Virus record (IMG/VR): IMGVR_UViG_3300036399_001211
Direction: 5' to 3' (one strand)
From: an uncultured virus (IMG/VR IMGVR_UViG_3300036399_001211)
Taxonomy: Duplodnaviria > Heunggongvirae > Uroviricota > Caudoviricetes
DNA: 64,000 bases
The translations under genes and the position numbers were made by a program. Below the pieces are notes generated by a model. That model was not told where the DNA came from, did not search any database, and saw nothing but the letters and a program-made list of their open reading frames with translations. Shown here in pieces: positions 48,101 to 59,462 of this stretch. Position 1 is the stretch's first letter. Every line of letters begins with the position of its first letter.

Positions 48101-49784
48101 TATATATATTATCATTCACGTTTATTTCATTATAATATCCATATTCATATATAGTTGAATTTAAATCGTAAAAACCTAAATCAAAAATAATAGAAGTTAA
48201 ACTATCAAATGAACTAGCTGTTAGATATTTATAATCTGAAAATTCAGGAGTTCCGCTTAACACCAATCCTTTAGTTTTAAATGTATTTATATCAATTTCT
48301 ATATTAATATTTGATATTATTTCTGAATAATTACCGCTTAATTCTAATAAAGTATTGGTTATTTCGTTTACGGAATAAGCTGATAAAAATACTATTTCGT
48401 TTAACGTATAAATGGAATATGAACTTACGGCGCTTAGTAAAATTCCAGTAGATTTATAAAAAGAATCGTCTATTGAATTAATTTCGTATGCAAATTTAGA
48501 ATATCTATCGTCTATAAATGATGGATCGTTAAAATAATCATAAATTTGTTGATATATAGATTCGTTATTGGTTCCTTCAAACGTTAATACCGAACTTAAA
48601 TTATAAAAATCTAAGAAAGCTTTATATTTTAAATTATAATTATAGTAATGCGGGGGATATTTTAAGTCTAATATTATATTATCGGAATTTTCACTAGAAA
48701 ATTCTTGATCTATGGATGTTATTTCGGAATTTTTTTCAAAAATTAAAATTGTATCGATTGCATTTTCACTTTTATTTTTAATTTTGTCAGAATCTGAAAT
48801 ATATTTTATGCTTAATGCTGTATCTGGAACACCTGTTATTTTTTCGGTATTGCAAAAATATTCTAATTGAGCATTTGATGGGGTTAATCTTATATACAAC
48901 CATTCATCATTTATATCTGATGGATTATTGAACATGTAATATTTTTGAACATCATTATCATTATTAAAATTATAATTATATCCATTAAAATTAAAAAAAT
49001 CATTATCTTCATCGTTATAATAAGAAGTTTCTCCTATTATAGTGTCGGTGTTTAATAAATAATGTTTATTTGTAAAATATATACTATTTTTTTTAATTTC
49101 GGTTCCCGCTTCTTCTAGATTTATATCAAGTGAACTAGGGTTATAGGTATTAGTAAAATTTATTATGTTTTTATTAAAGAATTTTTCGGTTCCTTTAATA
49201 TCATATTTCAATGTTAAATTTGTGGGGAGTGCGTATTCCTTTTTATTATCATACGATTCCCTATCGTATTTATAAACACTTAAAGCGTCTTTTATAAAAT
49301 CATTGGATTGAAAATATGTGGGATCTTGTCCTAATATTATAGCCGAAAGTTGTATTCTCCATCCTATTGATGATTTTTCGGTATATATAGGTTTAAAAAA
49401 TAATCTTTTTGGATTTAAAAAAAACCCTTTTATTATTTGGTCAGATTCTATACCAAAAACATTGAAAATAGTATATGGATACAAATCTCTATGATTTGGC
49501 ATATAATAAAAGCTTAGTGGGGTAGTATCAGAAAATAAATTTAACGAATATTTATGTTTATCCGAATTATAGTCTTTAAATATATTTCCATATTCATAAT
49601 CTATTAATGTATTTTTTGAATAAATCCCATAATCTATAGATGGATTTCCGTAAACAGGAAAATATACATTTATTGGTTGTGGGATGGGTTCTATTTTTTC
49701 GGGTATCGGTGAAAAATAATATTTTTCATTAGGCCAATTGCCTATTTCCGAAAAATCAAAACTTTTAATATATTCAAATTGCAT
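45102..49784 (-). CDS. large acidic structural protein (1560 aa), function unknown
   Basis: Long ORF in baseplate cluster; TAAATA 6 nt upstream. Confidence 0.8.
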   Translation of the reverse strand: MQFEYIKSFDFSEIGNWPNEKYYFSPIPEKIEPIPQPINVYFPVYGNPSIDYGIYSKNTLIDYEYGNIFKDYNSDKHKYSLNLFSDTTPLSFYYMPNHRDLYPYTIFNVFGIESDQIIKGFFLNPKRLFFKPIYTEKSSIGWRIQLSAIILGQDPTYFQSNDFIKDALSVYKYDRESYDNKKEYALPTNLTLKYDIKGTEKFFNKNIINFTNTYNPSSLDINLEEAGTEIKKNSIYFTNKHYLLNTDTIIGETSYYNDEDNDFFNFNGYNYNFNNDNDVQKYYMFNNPSDINDEWLYIRLTPSNAQLEYFCNTEKITGVPDTALSIKYISDSDKIKNKSENAIDTILIFEKNSEITSIDQEFSSENSDNIILDLKYPPHYYNYNLKYKAFLDFYNLSSVLTFEGTNNESIYQQIYDYFNDPSFIDDRYSKFAYEINSIDDSFYKSTGILLSAVSSYSIYTLNEIVFLSAYSVNEITNTLLELSGNYSEIISNINIEIDINTFKTKGLVLSGTPEFSDYKYLTASSFDSLTSIIFDLGFYDLNSTIYEYGYYNEINVNDNIYRATGIYNKSVEFYNDTFVQEISTYNNVSHVLNNSITVTASDVQTLTSAIYDLGEPYSQIAESLYPLNHIGEYITTGILLSGDWVCVDQKTAIGSDYYELTASANSFGGIYSIYAETTAKIDFLNEFKSTGAYLDGVTYKNILSSFVFQEASPTTYYNKISTFDVKINALYNITISSYNENITDISFLYNTISVFNIDNRLYDNFVEGYSLNYDLTSKIVDYDTEYVKLSTYLFSDYHLSILDLETYGELDLIKYEFLNLSDNLKSVLSCYYGEDKIPYNLYNTDWVPATSGCVLYIEYPNNPFGEVSFEIVPKLSTYSGFLDSYYKTKIVLAQNYTNNSLEFTKIVVNNKNEKSNHIEVELLSLADDLEGTNIKWLIEPDIENVVLYVKNPETEEITYIQKNENIVYNKNYTSTVYISGYTNNEIKISGESEKYNQQSEVKTNLELFNIFQDSSFKIAPLMELDNLRQIRNIDVAAYLMQSNTLIDIPDGFSIYWIWQYGDLVDSQIQPITAVKDDGKIYSCGETDTIQNLSSLSFFIRPNLNYGPIENIVKVKAFTFNEKHNFNTEYDIIVDDYPIKNLYDLNIETYYDLYPNDVIHNTINSPSFTRPLNDFSVYTFKIDKSETSIFKFLSSYENITWEFFDDYGFYQKITGVPEFDKYEVYNSLNWNLNYIKLTIDNVKLPTWDSPHTFTKILNINSLPESDFYSPLKFIIYPEYYWTPENPYINFTNEENFIYSVQPVTYGNKKTETYNFYVSANKEAKLYEFSTGDVLETNQGLLKIPESLELKSEFGLPITLSAFDDVYFPIENGIFYKIASFEGLDDYFMDNLVFTTIAFNGEVTEYMDNFTKSPKIIPFDTFNFTFSSVFSSINIQNERILVVDQFILPNYKQSPVKLLDGLSTVVYTLSTKYWTAVKEIEAKTGRYNIFELIVGNPLEPLTISNKKTDILYLFAEARITKSILPDTFINYPSYEDKEQWKTMDETVEAKILDDAFIQENII

Positions 49785-49813
49785 TTTAAATATTTAGATG
49801 GCTAATTTAAATT

Positions 49814-52800
49814 TCACTCGAAAAAATTCAATCCTTTATATATTTCATATGATAATAATGTATCGATAATCCCCTCATCTTTACTCCATTCTATATAAGA
49901 ATCAGATAAATATGGGGATATGGTAGTACTATTATTATTCCAATCTATAATATTATTTTTATATTCTTTATCTTTCCATATATCGCCCAAATAAAAATCA
50001 TAATTTAAATACCAATTTGATGCATCTAATCCTATAGATAAGGCTAAATCGTTTATATTATAGATATTGTTACCGCTTAATAAACCAGTAAAAACAATTT
50101 CATACTTTTTTGATATTTTTGTCTTTAAAATCATAGGTATTCCTGCGGTAACATTAAATGATAAACTATTTACCGGATTTTTTTCATTTAATAATTTATA
50201 TACATCTATTTCGTTTAAAGTTTGATTCCCCCACAAATAGGATTCGTTTATACTAGCTATATCTAAAATTCTTTTAATATCATTCGTATAATTTAATTTA
50301 AAATCATCATTTTCTTGGCCTAAAAGTTGGGCTAACCCATATAATTGATCTATATTGCAAGTATCTATATCAGAATGATTTATATTAAAATTAGATATTT
50401 TTTCATATGCTAAAACGCCTAAATCATTTCTTTTTTCTTCTCCAAATATAGTTTTAAAGAAATTATCAAACAAGAAATCGCTTTCTTTCATAACGGGCAT
50501 ACCCGAACTATTTTTTATATAATCCGACAGATTGAATTTTTCTTTATTTTTATAAAAATCATAAGGATTGTCTTTATAAAAATTTAAAGATCTGCTTTCA
50601 CCTTCAATATATATAGCCGACATACCATGAATAGGTCTATCAAAAAGATAATCTACGTGTTGATTGACATATTTATTTAACCATTTAAATCCAGTAAAGT
50701 CTCCATTAGCTTTTAATGAATAACTGATTTGTCTTTCTTCGGTTACAATTTCTCCTTTGTGGTTTATCCAAAAATTAACGCCTTTTCTTAATGCTACTGG
50801 TAATTTTTCTACATATTTCATTGTCGTGGAATCATAAACGTATATATAATTCTCTAATGTATTTAAAACATATACATAATCTCTAATATCTACAGCTATA
50901 CCATCAAATATTGTATAATCTGCATTTCTTTCTGACACATCATACCATTCTTTTGCATCATATGGTGATTCTAAGTTCTCATAATCATAACTCAACCATG
51001 TTCTAATATTAAACCCAGTATTGTTTTCAATTTTAGCCATTCCATTATAATCATGTAGATACCATAAATTTTGATATTGATCCAATGTTATATGTGTGAC
51101 GCTAGGAAGATTCCTATATGAGCTTAATACCACTCCTTCAGAATTTCTTTTTTCTATAAAAGTTGCCGATAAACTAGTATTAAAATATCCACTTCTCGTT
51201 TCTACCCCTTTTACCCAAAAATCACCCTGAGAATCGCAAACTAATTCTTGTAATGAAGTAAAAGCAGGTAGTCCTATACATTTTAATAAATTTCCGTCCG
51301 TATCGTATTTTATTAAAAAGCTACTTAATGGATTAGAATAAGTAACCCAAATATTATCATCTATATCAGTATCAAGTAATGTGGGTTCTATTAAATTTTG
51401 ATCGGGGAAACTATTAATAGCCTGTCTTAACTGAAATGTTTCGGATGTGGATAAATTGACATATCCGGTTTCATGTAAAGGATGAATAGCAAATAAAAAA
51501 TTTCCACTTTTATCGAATTTTAACGTCGAAACTGTGTCGTATAGAGTAACCCAAAAATCTTTTTTACCGTTTAGAACTATTGATGATGGTGTAGTTTGAT
51601 ATTCTACTAAATAACCCAACTGTTCCCTCTCGACTACTTCATTTATATCTATAGTTTTTAAAATTTTACCGTTTATGTTAGACACGGCATATAAATTATT
51701 TAATTCCGAATCTAATGCCCAAGAATAACAATACGGAAATGGTAAAATAGCAAAATGATCTATACCATGAAAACCTGATAGATACATATTAGGTGTTACT
51801 TCTAAATTTTCTTCGGTTAAAATTGGCATTTCATACGTTTGAACCTGCACATAGTTCGTAGAATTCTTACATTCATTCAATTCTCCCGTATATATGAGTT
51901 TAGAAATGGTTCCGGCTGTTGGATTAGATACCCAAATATAAGGATTGTTGTAAAAAACTTTAAAATCTTTTGGCAAAGTAATTTCGGCGGTAGCTTTAAA
52001 CGTTGATGTAAAATCTTCATTAGAATCAATTTTTACAATTCCTTTATAATAACCAGAATCATAAAAACCGTCACCGTCTTTAAAACGAAAATTTAAAGCT
52101 GACGGTGTGAAATTTAAACTTTTATCATCTAAATCAACATATAATTTATTTTCATCTGCATCGATAGGGTAATTTTTATCGAAATAAGTCCTGTTTGGTT
52201 GATTTACTAGTTCATAATCAGAATCAAAACAAAAATCAGAAAAATTTGTTTTATCTTCCACATTAATAAATAAAGGAATTTTAGCATCTATCCATTTTGG
52301 ATTAGTAAAATCTGATATAGCATTTTCAGATATTCTTAATTTATCGGGTATTGGTATAAAGGTTATATATGGTATACAATCATAGGCTAGACTGTTGGCA
52401 AAACCCGGTACAACCGCTTGTGTTTCATCATAGTCAGATTTAACAGGTATTGCGCTTGTTTGTAATGTTGCTATAATTGTTGTAATAGGAATTCTATTTT
52501 GATAATTGTTAAAATTGAATAAATCATCTACGAAGAAGAATTCTGCTTTTCCTGTTACTCCCACAACTGTTCCGTTTGGATCTAAATTTCCATCGCCATC
52601 GATTCTAATTAGGGTATCTTCCGTTTTTATATCCTCTATAACATTACCATCAAAATTTAAAAATCTCCATTCGGGTTTAACAAATCCCCACTTAGAAGCA
52701 TTTTCTTGATATTTATAAGATTTTGAATACATCGCCGCTAAATCTACATAATGCGGTCCTGTATCTTTAGACGCTATATGTACTCTAAATGGATATTGTG

Positions 52801-53902
52801 GGGAATAATATCCAGACCATGTAGCTGGTTGAATTTGGTCAAAGTATATAAATTCATTTGCATAAGGAACAACTTTTATTGACAATGAGGCTGATAAAAT
52901 TCCTGTTTGAGTATAAAGTATAACTTTAGGAGCATATGTTCCGTCGAAAAAATATTTATGTTTTACTTCTAATAATTGATCTTGTGTATTACCGTCATCA
53001 AACAACCATTTGATATTTTGGATTTGGTTTATATCGTTAGGAACAATATTAAACACAAATTCGGTGGCTTTTTCATATCCAGATAATCTATTTACAAATA
53101 AATCAAAGGTTAAAATTGGTGTTGGTGTTGGTGTTAATGTAGGTGTTGGAGTCGGTGTTGGTGTTCTGGTTGGTGTATTTGTCGGTGTAGGTGTATTTGT
53201 CGGAACAGGTGTGTTTGTTGGTGTTCTGGTTGGTGTATTAGTAGGAGTGCGAGTTGGTGTTGGTGACGGTGTTATTGTTGGGGTGGGTGTAATCGTTGGG
53301 GTGGGTGTAATCGTTGGTGTATTTGTTGGTATGGGGGTTGTCGTTGCTGTAGATGTGGGTGTGGGAGTATTTGTAGGTGTGGGAGTATTTGTAGGTGTGG
53401 GAGTATTTGTTGGCGTTAGTGTAATATTATTACAATTAGTTTGAGATATTAATAAAATATTTGATGCTGTGTTATATTGTAAATCGTTTAATAATAAACT
53501 TGACCATGGTAAAAAAATACATTCACCCCAAACCAAAGAATTTATAGTTGTTTTACTAAAAGCTATATTTTCATTTGGTTTGGACCCGCCGTACATATAA
53601 GAAACAAGAGTCCACGTTCCGGTAATGTTGTTTCTTCTTATTATCCAATCGTTATTTAAAAAAGAATAACCATATGTATAAGATTTAAAAGACCCTAAAA
53701 TATTTGGATCTGAATCTACTGATGTTACTGTTACAAATTTATTGTTAGTACCCCAAAAATAACTTTGCCCAACATAATCAGAAAGTTTGTTTCCTCTGTT
53801 GGCGTTTTCTATAGTATTTCCTATATTATTATTTGTTACATATTCGTTAACATCATATGCAAAATTATTTAATAATTGTAAATCTGTAATTATTCTACCC
53901 AT
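49814..53902 (-). CDS. baseplate-associated protein: PT tract, PKD, beta-propeller, wedge-like C-terminus
   Basis: WLFDDG; D.DDNIWV repeats; [18 protein letters not shown]; follows gp6. Confidence 0.75.
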   Translation of the reverse strand: MGRIITDLQLLNNFAYDVNEYVTNNNIGNTIENANRGNKLSDYVGQSYFWGTNNKFVTVTSVDSDPNILGSFKSYTYGYSFLNNDWIIRRNNITGTWTLVSYMYGGSKPNENIAFSKTTINSLVWGECIFLPWSSLLLNDLQYNTASNILLISQTNCNNITLTPTNTPTPTNTPTPTNTPTPTSTATTTPIPTNTPTITPTPTITPTPTITPSPTPTRTPTNTPTRTPTNTPVPTNTPTPTNTPTRTPTPTPTPTLTPTPTPILTFDLFVNRLSGYEKATEFVFNIVPNDINQIQNIKWLFDDGNTQDQLLEVKHKYFFDGTYAPKVILYTQTGILSASLSIKVVPYANEFIYFDQIQPATWSGYYSPQYPFRVHIASKDTGPHYVDLAAMYSKSYKYQENASKWGFVKPEWRFLNFDGNVIEDIKTEDTLIRIDGDGNLDPNGTVVGVTGKAEFFFVDDLFNFNNYQNRIPITTIIATLQTSAIPVKSDYDETQAVVPGFANSLAYDCIPYITFIPIPDKLRISENAISDFTNPKWIDAKIPLFINVEDKTNFSDFCFDSDYELVNQPNRTYFDKNYPIDADENKLYVDLDDKSLNFTPSALNFRFKDGDGFYDSGYYKGIVKIDSNEDFTSTFKATAEITLPKDFKVFYNNPYIWVSNPTAGTISKLIYTGELNECKNSTNYVQVQTYEMPILTEENLEVTPNMYLSGFHGIDHFAILPFPYCYSWALDSELNNLYAVSNINGKILKTIDINEVVEREQLGYLVEYQTTPSSIVLNGKKDFWVTLYDTVSTLKFDKSGNFLFAIHPLHETGYVNLSTSETFQLRQAINSFPDQNLIEPTLLDTDIDDNIWVTYSNPLSSFLIKYDTDGNLLKCIGLPAFTSLQELVCDSQGDFWVKGVETRSGYFNTSLSATFIEKRNSEGVVLSSYRNLPSVTHITLDQYQNLWYLHDYNGMAKIENNTGFNIRTWLSYDYENLESPYDAKEWYDVSERNADYTIFDGIAVDIRDYVYVLNTLENYIYVYDSTTMKYVEKLPVALRKGVNFWINHKGEIVTEERQISYSLKANGDFTGFKWLNKYVNQHVDYLFDRPIHGMSAIYIEGESRSLNFYKDNPYDFYKNKEKFNLSDYIKNSSGMPVMKESDFLFDNFFKTIFGEEKRNDLGVLAYEKISNFNINHSDIDTCNIDQLYGLAQLLGQENDDFKLNYTNDIKRILDIASINESYLWGNQTLNEIDVYKLLNEKNPVNSLSFNVTAGIPMILKTKISKKYEIVFTGLLSGNNIYNINDLALSIGLDASNWYLNYDFYLGDIWKDKEYKNNIIDWNNNSTTISPYLSDSYIEWSKDEGIIDTLLSYEIYKGLNFFE

Positions 53903-53907
53903 ATATA

Positions 53908-55707
53908 TTAAAACCCACTAGATGTTATAATTGATAAATCTTCTACTATATTTATTCTATTTTTAATATTTGATAGATTGTTGAATATTGGATATTGGAA
54001 ATCTTCCAATATAAAATTTTGACTATATACGTTTGAGTCCAATTCTGGATATATGGAATTCCAACACAATATAGATATCCCTTCTAATTCGGTTCCGGTA
54101 TCTTCTCGTTTTGTTGTTATATAATCGATACCGTCTATTTGTAATATTTCAGCATTTAATTTATATAAATCAATTTCTTGTCCTATTTTATTTGCAGATT
54201 TCGTAAAAAATTTATTAAAAATGTCTTCTATATCAAATAATATAGCAGAAGAGGATCTTTTATTATTGCTTTTTTTATAAACATATAATTTTGTATTTGC
54301 TATATCGTTTTGATTGACTTGTCCTATCGACAGATAAAAATCTATAAACATATATATAGGATCGATTAAAACAATATTTGATGTTAGTGGTTTTAAATCT
54401 TTTAATTTTACATTTATTAATTCTTTTTGAGGTTCTGTTAAATATACAATATCATCGCTTTTAGGTATAGTATAAACATATATATTGTTAAAATTGCAAC
54501 TAGTTCCGAAATTTATTTGATTTAATAGAACGCTGTCTTCTAATTGTGGTGTTTTTAAACCAATATTATACAAATATTTTATATAAGTTTTAAGGTATTC
54601 TTCATTATTTATAACCCTTGTATCGGCTATAATATTTGAAAAATTTGTTTCTATATAAGTTTCAAAATCATTAGAAGTTATTAATCTATTTTGAAGTCTA
54701 AAAAATTTTGGAGCTTTTTCACGAATTTGATCTACGGTTTCTTCTATTTGTGGGGCAGACGAACTAAATTCATTATTAACAACCAAATTAAATATGTTTT
54801 GAGATGTTAAATATTGCCCCAATTCGGATTTTGTATCAATTAAAATTTTATCGAAATTTATAGAATTGAAAGGGATTATTTTTGATATTGCTAATCCATT
54901 CGGTCCTATTGTTGTACTAGTAGGATTAATTTGTAAATAATAAATTAAAACTTCATCATTTCTGTTTAATTTTGATCCGTTTATATCATCACCAAATTTT
55001 ATTTCGTAATTTTTATTTTGATTATATCTAACTTCGTAAACTTCGTCGTTAGTTTTACTCATAAATAAATCATCAACTCTATTCCATACTTCCCAAACTA
55101 AACTATTTTCTCGTTTAATATAAACATGTATTTCAAAATGATCTATAGATATAGCGTCTGATGTTGAAAGGAATACTATTTCATTGTTTATACCGTTTGC
55201 TTTATATATAGGTGTTTCTACAAACTTCCCTTCCCTTAATAAATTTTTGTTTTTTAAATCATCTATAGTTTCGGTTCCATTTAAAAATTTAGAAAATGAA
55301 ATATCACTCGGAAATGAAAAATTTAAATCGCCTATTCTTAGATAAGAATATCTTGGTATAGTATAACTCCCCGCATTTAGATTATTAACCGTTAAATCAT
55401 ATGTAACCGTTTGTGATAATTTGCCGATTGGTTTATAATTTAATATTTTAATAATTCTGTTCATGTTTTCGTACAATTGCGCTTCGGAAAACATGCTTTC
55501 AGATGATGTTTTATTCAAATAATATAAAAGAGTCGAAAAACAATAAGAAATAACATCAATAAACGCTGATAAATTAGAACCTTGATAATTTTGATCTGTA
55601 AAAATACCTTCTTTGTTTAAACGATCTATAATTACATCTCTTATACTTTTGCCGTCGAATGTTAAATACGAATCTTTATTAATATAACTTTTTTCAATTA
55701 AATCCAT
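53908..55707 (-). CDS. gp6: baseplate wedge subunit, T4 gp6-like
   Basis: [32 protein letters not shown]...[10 protein letters not shown]. Confidence 0.9.
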   Translation of the reverse strand: MDLIEKSYINKDSYLTFDGKSIRDVIIDRLNKEGIFTDQNYQGSNLSAFIDVISYCFSTLLYYLNKTSSESMFSEAQLYENMNRIIKILNYKPIGKLSQTVTYDLTVNNLNAGSYTIPRYSYLRIGDLNFSFPSDISFSKFLNGTETIDDLKNKNLLREGKFVETPIYKANGINNEIVFLSTSDAISIDHFEIHVYIKRENSLVWEVWNRVDDLFMSKTNDEVYEVRYNQNKNYEIKFGDDINGSKLNRNDEVLIYYLQINPTSTTIGPNGLAISKIIPFNSINFDKILIDTKSELGQYLTSQNIFNLVVNNEFSSSAPQIEETVDQIREKAPKFFRLQNRLITSNDFETYIETNFSNIIADTRVINNEEYLKTYIKYLYNIGLKTPQLEDSVLLNQINFGTSCNFNNIYVYTIPKSDDIVYLTEPQKELINVKLKDLKPLTSNIVLIDPIYMFIDFYLSIGQVNQNDIANTKLYVYKKSNNKRSSSAILFDIEDIFNKFFTKSANKIGQEIDLYKLNAEILQIDGIDYITTKREDTGTELEGISILCWNSIYPELDSNVYSQNFILEDFQYPIFNNLSNIKNRINIVEDLSIITSSGF

Positions 55708-55722
55708 ATAACTATTTAACCT

Positions 55723-56229
55723 TTATAAAAAAATTTGACCATTATTTAGTATCCTTAATTCCAACATTTGTTGTTTTTTAATCTTTAAAAGAGTATAATA
55801 AATAGAAATTCTATATTCGTTTTCATCCGGTATAGGTAAAACCGATATTTTTAATATTTCGATTCTTGGTTCATATTCCCCTATATTTCTTAATATTTCA
55901 TCGCCTATCAATCTTGCATAAAATTCATCGACTCTTTCAAATAAATGTTGTTCTAAGGATGCCCCAAACTCAGGATCATATATTTTTTGACCTTTTTTTG
56001 TTGTAAATATATTTTTTATAGAATTTCTTATGGCATTTACGTTTTCATCTACTTCCAAATCACCAGCTTGAACTAAAACATTATCATTGATTATTGTTTT
56101 TAGTTTTAAGTCTAAATGAAGATCGGTGTATACTGGTTTTTCCTCTGGAAATAATAATTTATCGTATTCTTTACGGTCCAATCCTATTTGCCGAGGTTTT
56201 GTTATATTATCTAAACGTATGGTTGCCAT
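55723..56229 (-). CDS. gp25: baseplate protein, T4 gp25-like
   Basis: AIRNSIKNIFTTKKGQKIYDPEFGA..LFE...YEPRI. Confidence 0.92.
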   Translation of the reverse strand: MATIRLDNITKPRQIGLDRKEYDKLLFPEEKPVYTDLHLDLKLKTIINDNVLVQAGDLEVDENVNAIRNSIKNIFTTKKGQKIYDPEFGASLEQHLFERVDEFYARLIGDEILRNIGEYEPRIEILKISVLPIPDENEYRISIYYTLLKIKKQQMLELRILNNGQIFL

Positions 56230-56278
56230 TTAAAATAATTATCTAAAAAGAATTAAAGTTGGAGTAAGTAATTAAGAG

Positions 56279-56848
56279 ATGAAAAAATTTAATAAGTTTG
56301 ACCTTGTTTACGAAAAAGCTTTGGGTGATTTAAATGTTATAAATGAAGAAAATGCTATAGATTCTGCTATGTATTCTAATGGTATAAAAATAGGAGTATG
56401 TTTTAGACTAAAACCTAGCTTTTTTACAAAATCTGAAGCTGCTTCGGTAATGGATCAAAGTCAAATCGAAGCTCTTAAAGAATTAAACGGTAGAATGTAT
56501 GAAAAGTGTCAACATTTTTTTAAAATTAAAACAGACACTAGAGAAGTAACAGGTCCGAATAGTAAAAGTGCAAATGATATTAATTCAACGGGTATAGAAT
56601 ATGGAGCAATTTCAGCGGCAGAAAAGGATAATGCTATGTATAAATTTATGATTCCTTCTACCGATGTTAAACATATAGAAATTTGTGATTGGGGTAACAG
56701 TTTACCGCCAATTTTAGCACCTAAAACAAATTATTCTTTTAATGATTCAGAAAGAGGAAAACCAACGCCAGTAAATGATAAAGATTTTGCTGGATTAGGT
56801 AATTCTCCGACAAACAGATCATTGCCTACACAAAATACTAAGCTTTAA
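56279..56848 (+). CDS. hypothetical late protein
   Basis: TAAGTA upstream; KFDLVYE...INE N-terminus. Confidence 0.75.
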   Translation: MKKFNKFDLVYEKALGDLNVINEENAIDSAMYSNGIKIGVCFRLKPSFFTKSEAASVMDQSQIEALKELNGRMYEKCQHFFKIKTDTREVTGPNSKSANDINSTGIEYGAISAAEKDNAMYKFMIPSTDVKHIEICDWGNSLPPILAPKTNYSFNDSERGKPTPVNDKDFAGLGNSPTNRSLPTQNTKL

Positions 56849-57767
56849 TAATATTTTCGGCTGATAAAAGAAAACAAAAGAAGTTTATTTCGTGATCTAC
56901 TACAAAATTATCACGATAAGTATACTCTCCTAATTCTAATAATAAAGTTTTCTTTTTAATTTCGTTAATATTTGAACCGTATAACGAATCAAAAAGAGAT
57001 TTGTATAGAAGTTGATAATCTGAATCAAATTCATTTTCACAATCTATTATAAATTTACGTAGATCTAATACATTTTCTTTGGAAAACATCTTTTTAAGCA
57101 AATTATCAGAAAATGATTCGGATATATTTAAATCTTCCAAACATAATTTTCCAGATATAGAAAATTTCTGAAGATCGTTAACCATTCTTCTCATATCAGG
57201 ATATCTATCTTTCACAAATGAAGCCAATTGTGATAAATTTTCCTGAAAATCTACATTCTCAGCTTTCAGTATATGTATACACCTTTGCAACGATCCCTTT
57301 AAATCGGGTTTTAGGTTGAAAATTACACACCTTGATCTAATAGGTTCTATGATCTTATTAAAATAGTTAGCGGTTAGTATAAACCTTGTAGATGCTGAGA
57401 ATTCTTCCATCACATTTCGAAGAATTCTCATAGCCGAACCGCTTAATCCATCACATTCATCCAATAAAATAACCTTTTTTTGGCCGTCGAATGATCTTGT
57501 TTGTGCAAATGTGATAACTTTATTTCTTATAGTATCAATACCGGATTCATCACTAGCATTAATATATAAATATTGGCATTTTAATACATCATTGATTAAA
57601 ACTTTAGCTGTTGTAGTTTTTCCGGTTCCGGCTTTACCATAAAAAAGCAAATGTGGTATATCATCTGAAATATTTTTCAGATGTTCTCTAGAATCTTCAG
57701 AAAGAACGATGTCTGATATTGTTTTTGGTCTATATTTTTCGCACCAAAGGTCATTATAATGATTCAT
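56838..57767 (-). CDS. gp44: sliding-clamp loader AAA+ subunit (T4 gp44/RFC-like)
   Basis: WCEKYRP, GKAGTGKTT, INASD, LDECD, IRSRC. Confidence 0.93.
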   Translation of the reverse strand: MNHYNDLWCEKYRPKTISDIVLSEDSREHLKNISDDIPHLLFYGKAGTGKTTTAKVLINDVLKCQYLYINASDESGIDTIRNKVITFAQTRSFDGQKKVILLDECDGLSGSAMRILRNVMEEFSASTRFILTANYFNKIIEPIRSRCVIFNLKPDLKGSLQRCIHILKAENVDFQENLSQLASFVKDRYPDMRRMVNDLQKFSISGKLCLEDLNISESFSDNLLKKMFSKENVLDLRKFIIDCENEFDSDYQLLYKSLFDSLYGSNINEIKKKTLLLELGEYTYRDNFVVDHEINFFCFLLSAENIIKA

Positions 57768-57773
57768 GACCCA

Positions 57774-57802
57774 ACTATATCATATTTTTAACCTTGTATC
57801 AA
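57774..57802 (-). promoter_or_regulatory. sigma70-type promoter TTGATA-N17-TATAGT, 6 nt before clamp-loader ATG
   Basis: Read directly. Confidence 0.7.
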
Positions 57803-57952
57803 GTCTCTTCCTTGAAATTGTGCGGGTATTCTAGCTTGTTCGTTAGTTTGTGTTCTGATTCCGCTATTTCTAGCTAACCAAGATAATAATTCTTGTAATT
57901 TTTCTGCTGGAATCTCGAAATTTCCGTATCCTGTTATTGAAATTGTAACCAT
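57788..57952 (-). CDS. 54-aa hypothetical protein (MVTISITGYGNFEIPAEKL...)
   Basis: Manual translation; fills the gap, TAAATA upstream; below ORF-track cutoff. Confidence 0.65.
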   Translation of the reverse strand: MVTISITGYGNFEIPAEKLQELLSWLARNSGIRTQTNEQARIPAQFQGRDLIQG

Positions 57953-57955
57953 ATC

Positions 57956-57969
57956 AGTAAATATTTACT
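57956..57969. promoter_or_regulatory. palindromic divergent late promoter AGTAAATATTTACT
   Basis: Perfect 14-nt palindrome with TAAATA on both strands between divergent ATGs at 57952 and 57973. Confidence 0.65.
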
Positions 57970-57972
57970 ACA

Positions 57973-58476
57973 ATGGATAATAATTCAATAGATGATTCTG
58001 ATATTAATGATATTATATCCGAATTAAAAGATACTTCAAATAATACATCAAAAGATATTATAGTTAATACTCCAAAAATAACAGACGATACCGTAGGTGA
58101 TTATATATATCAAAAATCAGCAGAAATGTTAGAATTAACCATGAGTGCGATTAAAGATATGCAGCAATTAATACAAACTGCTGCCGATCCTAAAGAAATT
58201 TCAGCATATGCTCAATTGATGAATACCGCATTTAAAGGAATTGAAAATTTAAATAAAATTAATATCCAGCAAAAGCAAGCTAAAAATAATATAGAGGTTA
58301 AAAGAATAGAAGCGGAAGCGGTAAAAGGAAAAAGTAATCCATTATTGGGTTCTCCGACTGGGCAACAAACTAATAATATTTTTATAGGATCTAGAGATGA
58401 AGCTATGCAAATGTTAAAAAACAAACCTAAAAAAATAGAACTTATAGAAAACTCTGAAATCATAGAAGAGGAATGA
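57973..58476 (+). CDS. terminase small subunit, T4 gp16-like
   Basis: DPKEISAYAQLM...TNNIFIGSRDE. Confidence 0.7.
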   Translation: MDNNSIDDSDINDIISELKDTSNNTSKDIIVNTPKITDDTVGDYIYQKSAEMLELTMSAIKDMQQLIQTAADPKEISAYAQLMNTAFKGIENLNKINIQQKQAKNNIEVKRIEAEAVKGKSNPLLGSPTGQQTNNIFIGSRDEAMQMLKNKPKKIELIENSEIIEEE

Positions 58477-59462
58477 AAACGGCTAAAATTATAGGTTGCG
58501 GATTATCGGGAATTACATCTGCTATATTATTAAAAGAAAAAGGATATAAAGTAGAAATTTTTGATAAAAGAGATCATATAGGTGGTAATTGTTTCGATCA
58601 AAATATTAATGGAACGCTGGTACACAAATATGGACCTCATATGTTTCATACAAACGATGAAGATGTGTTTCGCTTCTTAAATAGATATACCGAATGGTTT
58701 GATTTTAAAAATAAACCTCTTGGTAATACGGAATTGGGGTTAATTTCTTTACCCTATAGCAAAAAAACTATAAATGAAATCGGTAGAGAGTTATCACAAG
58801 AAGAAATCATACAATATATATTTAAAGATTATTCGGAAAAACAATGGGGCGTACCTTTTGAGCAAATTCCTAAATCAATTACTAATAGAATACCTAAAAC
58901 CAAAGATTGTGATGATCCTACATGGTATGAAGGGGAAAAATATCAATGTTTGCCGAAAGAAGGTTACACAAAAATGATGGAAAACATGTTAAATGGGTTT
59001 TCTATCAATTTAGGATGTGAAAATAAAGATTGGGAAAGTTATAAAACAGATTTAACCGTATATACAGGAAAAATTGACGAGTTTTTTGATTATTCTTTTG
59101 GAGAACTTCCTTATAGATCGTTGTTATTCAAACATAAGACTTCAAATATGAAACTTCCGGTCAATATTATAAATCAAAATACAAAAAATGTTGAATATAC
59201 TAGAACATACGATCATAGTTATTTTAACTTGAATCATAAAGGGTCTACGATAATTACTGAAGAATATCCTAAACAATGCGGTAAAAATGATATACCGTTT
59301 TATCCGATGCCTTTTGGAGAAGGTCCAGATATTTATAATAAATATAAAGATTTGGCCGATGCATCAAAAGATACGCTGTTTATAGGACGTTTAGCAACAT
59401 ATACATATCTTGATATGTGGATGTCTGTAAAACAATCGATGATAAAACTTAAAAATATATGA
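58473..59462 (+). CDS. glf: UDP-galactopyranose mutase
   Basis: IIGCGLSG, RDHIGGNC, HKYGPHMFHT, YSEKQWG, LPYRSL, GRLATYTYLDM. Confidence 0.95.
   Translation: MKTAKIIGCGLSGITSAILLKEKGYKVEIFDKRDHIGGNCFDQNINGTLVHKYGPHMFHTNDEDVFRFLNRYTEWFDFKNKPLGNTELGLISLPYSKKTINEIGRELSQEEIIQYIFKDYSEKQWGVPFEQIPKSITNRIPKTKDCDDPTWYEGEKYQCLPKEGYTKMMENMLNGFSINLGCENKDWESYKTDLTVYTGKIDEFFDYSFGELPYRSLLFKHKTSNMKLPVNIINQNTKNVEYTRTYDHSYFNLNHKGSTIITEEYPKQCGKNDIPFYPMPFGEGPDIYNKYKDLADASKDTLFIGRLATYTYLDMWMSVKQSMIKLKNI

Noticed and set aside
19043..53444. Val/Gly-rich ORFs (19043, 33241, 33670, 42534, 53010)
   Set aside because: Antisense shadows of PT tracts
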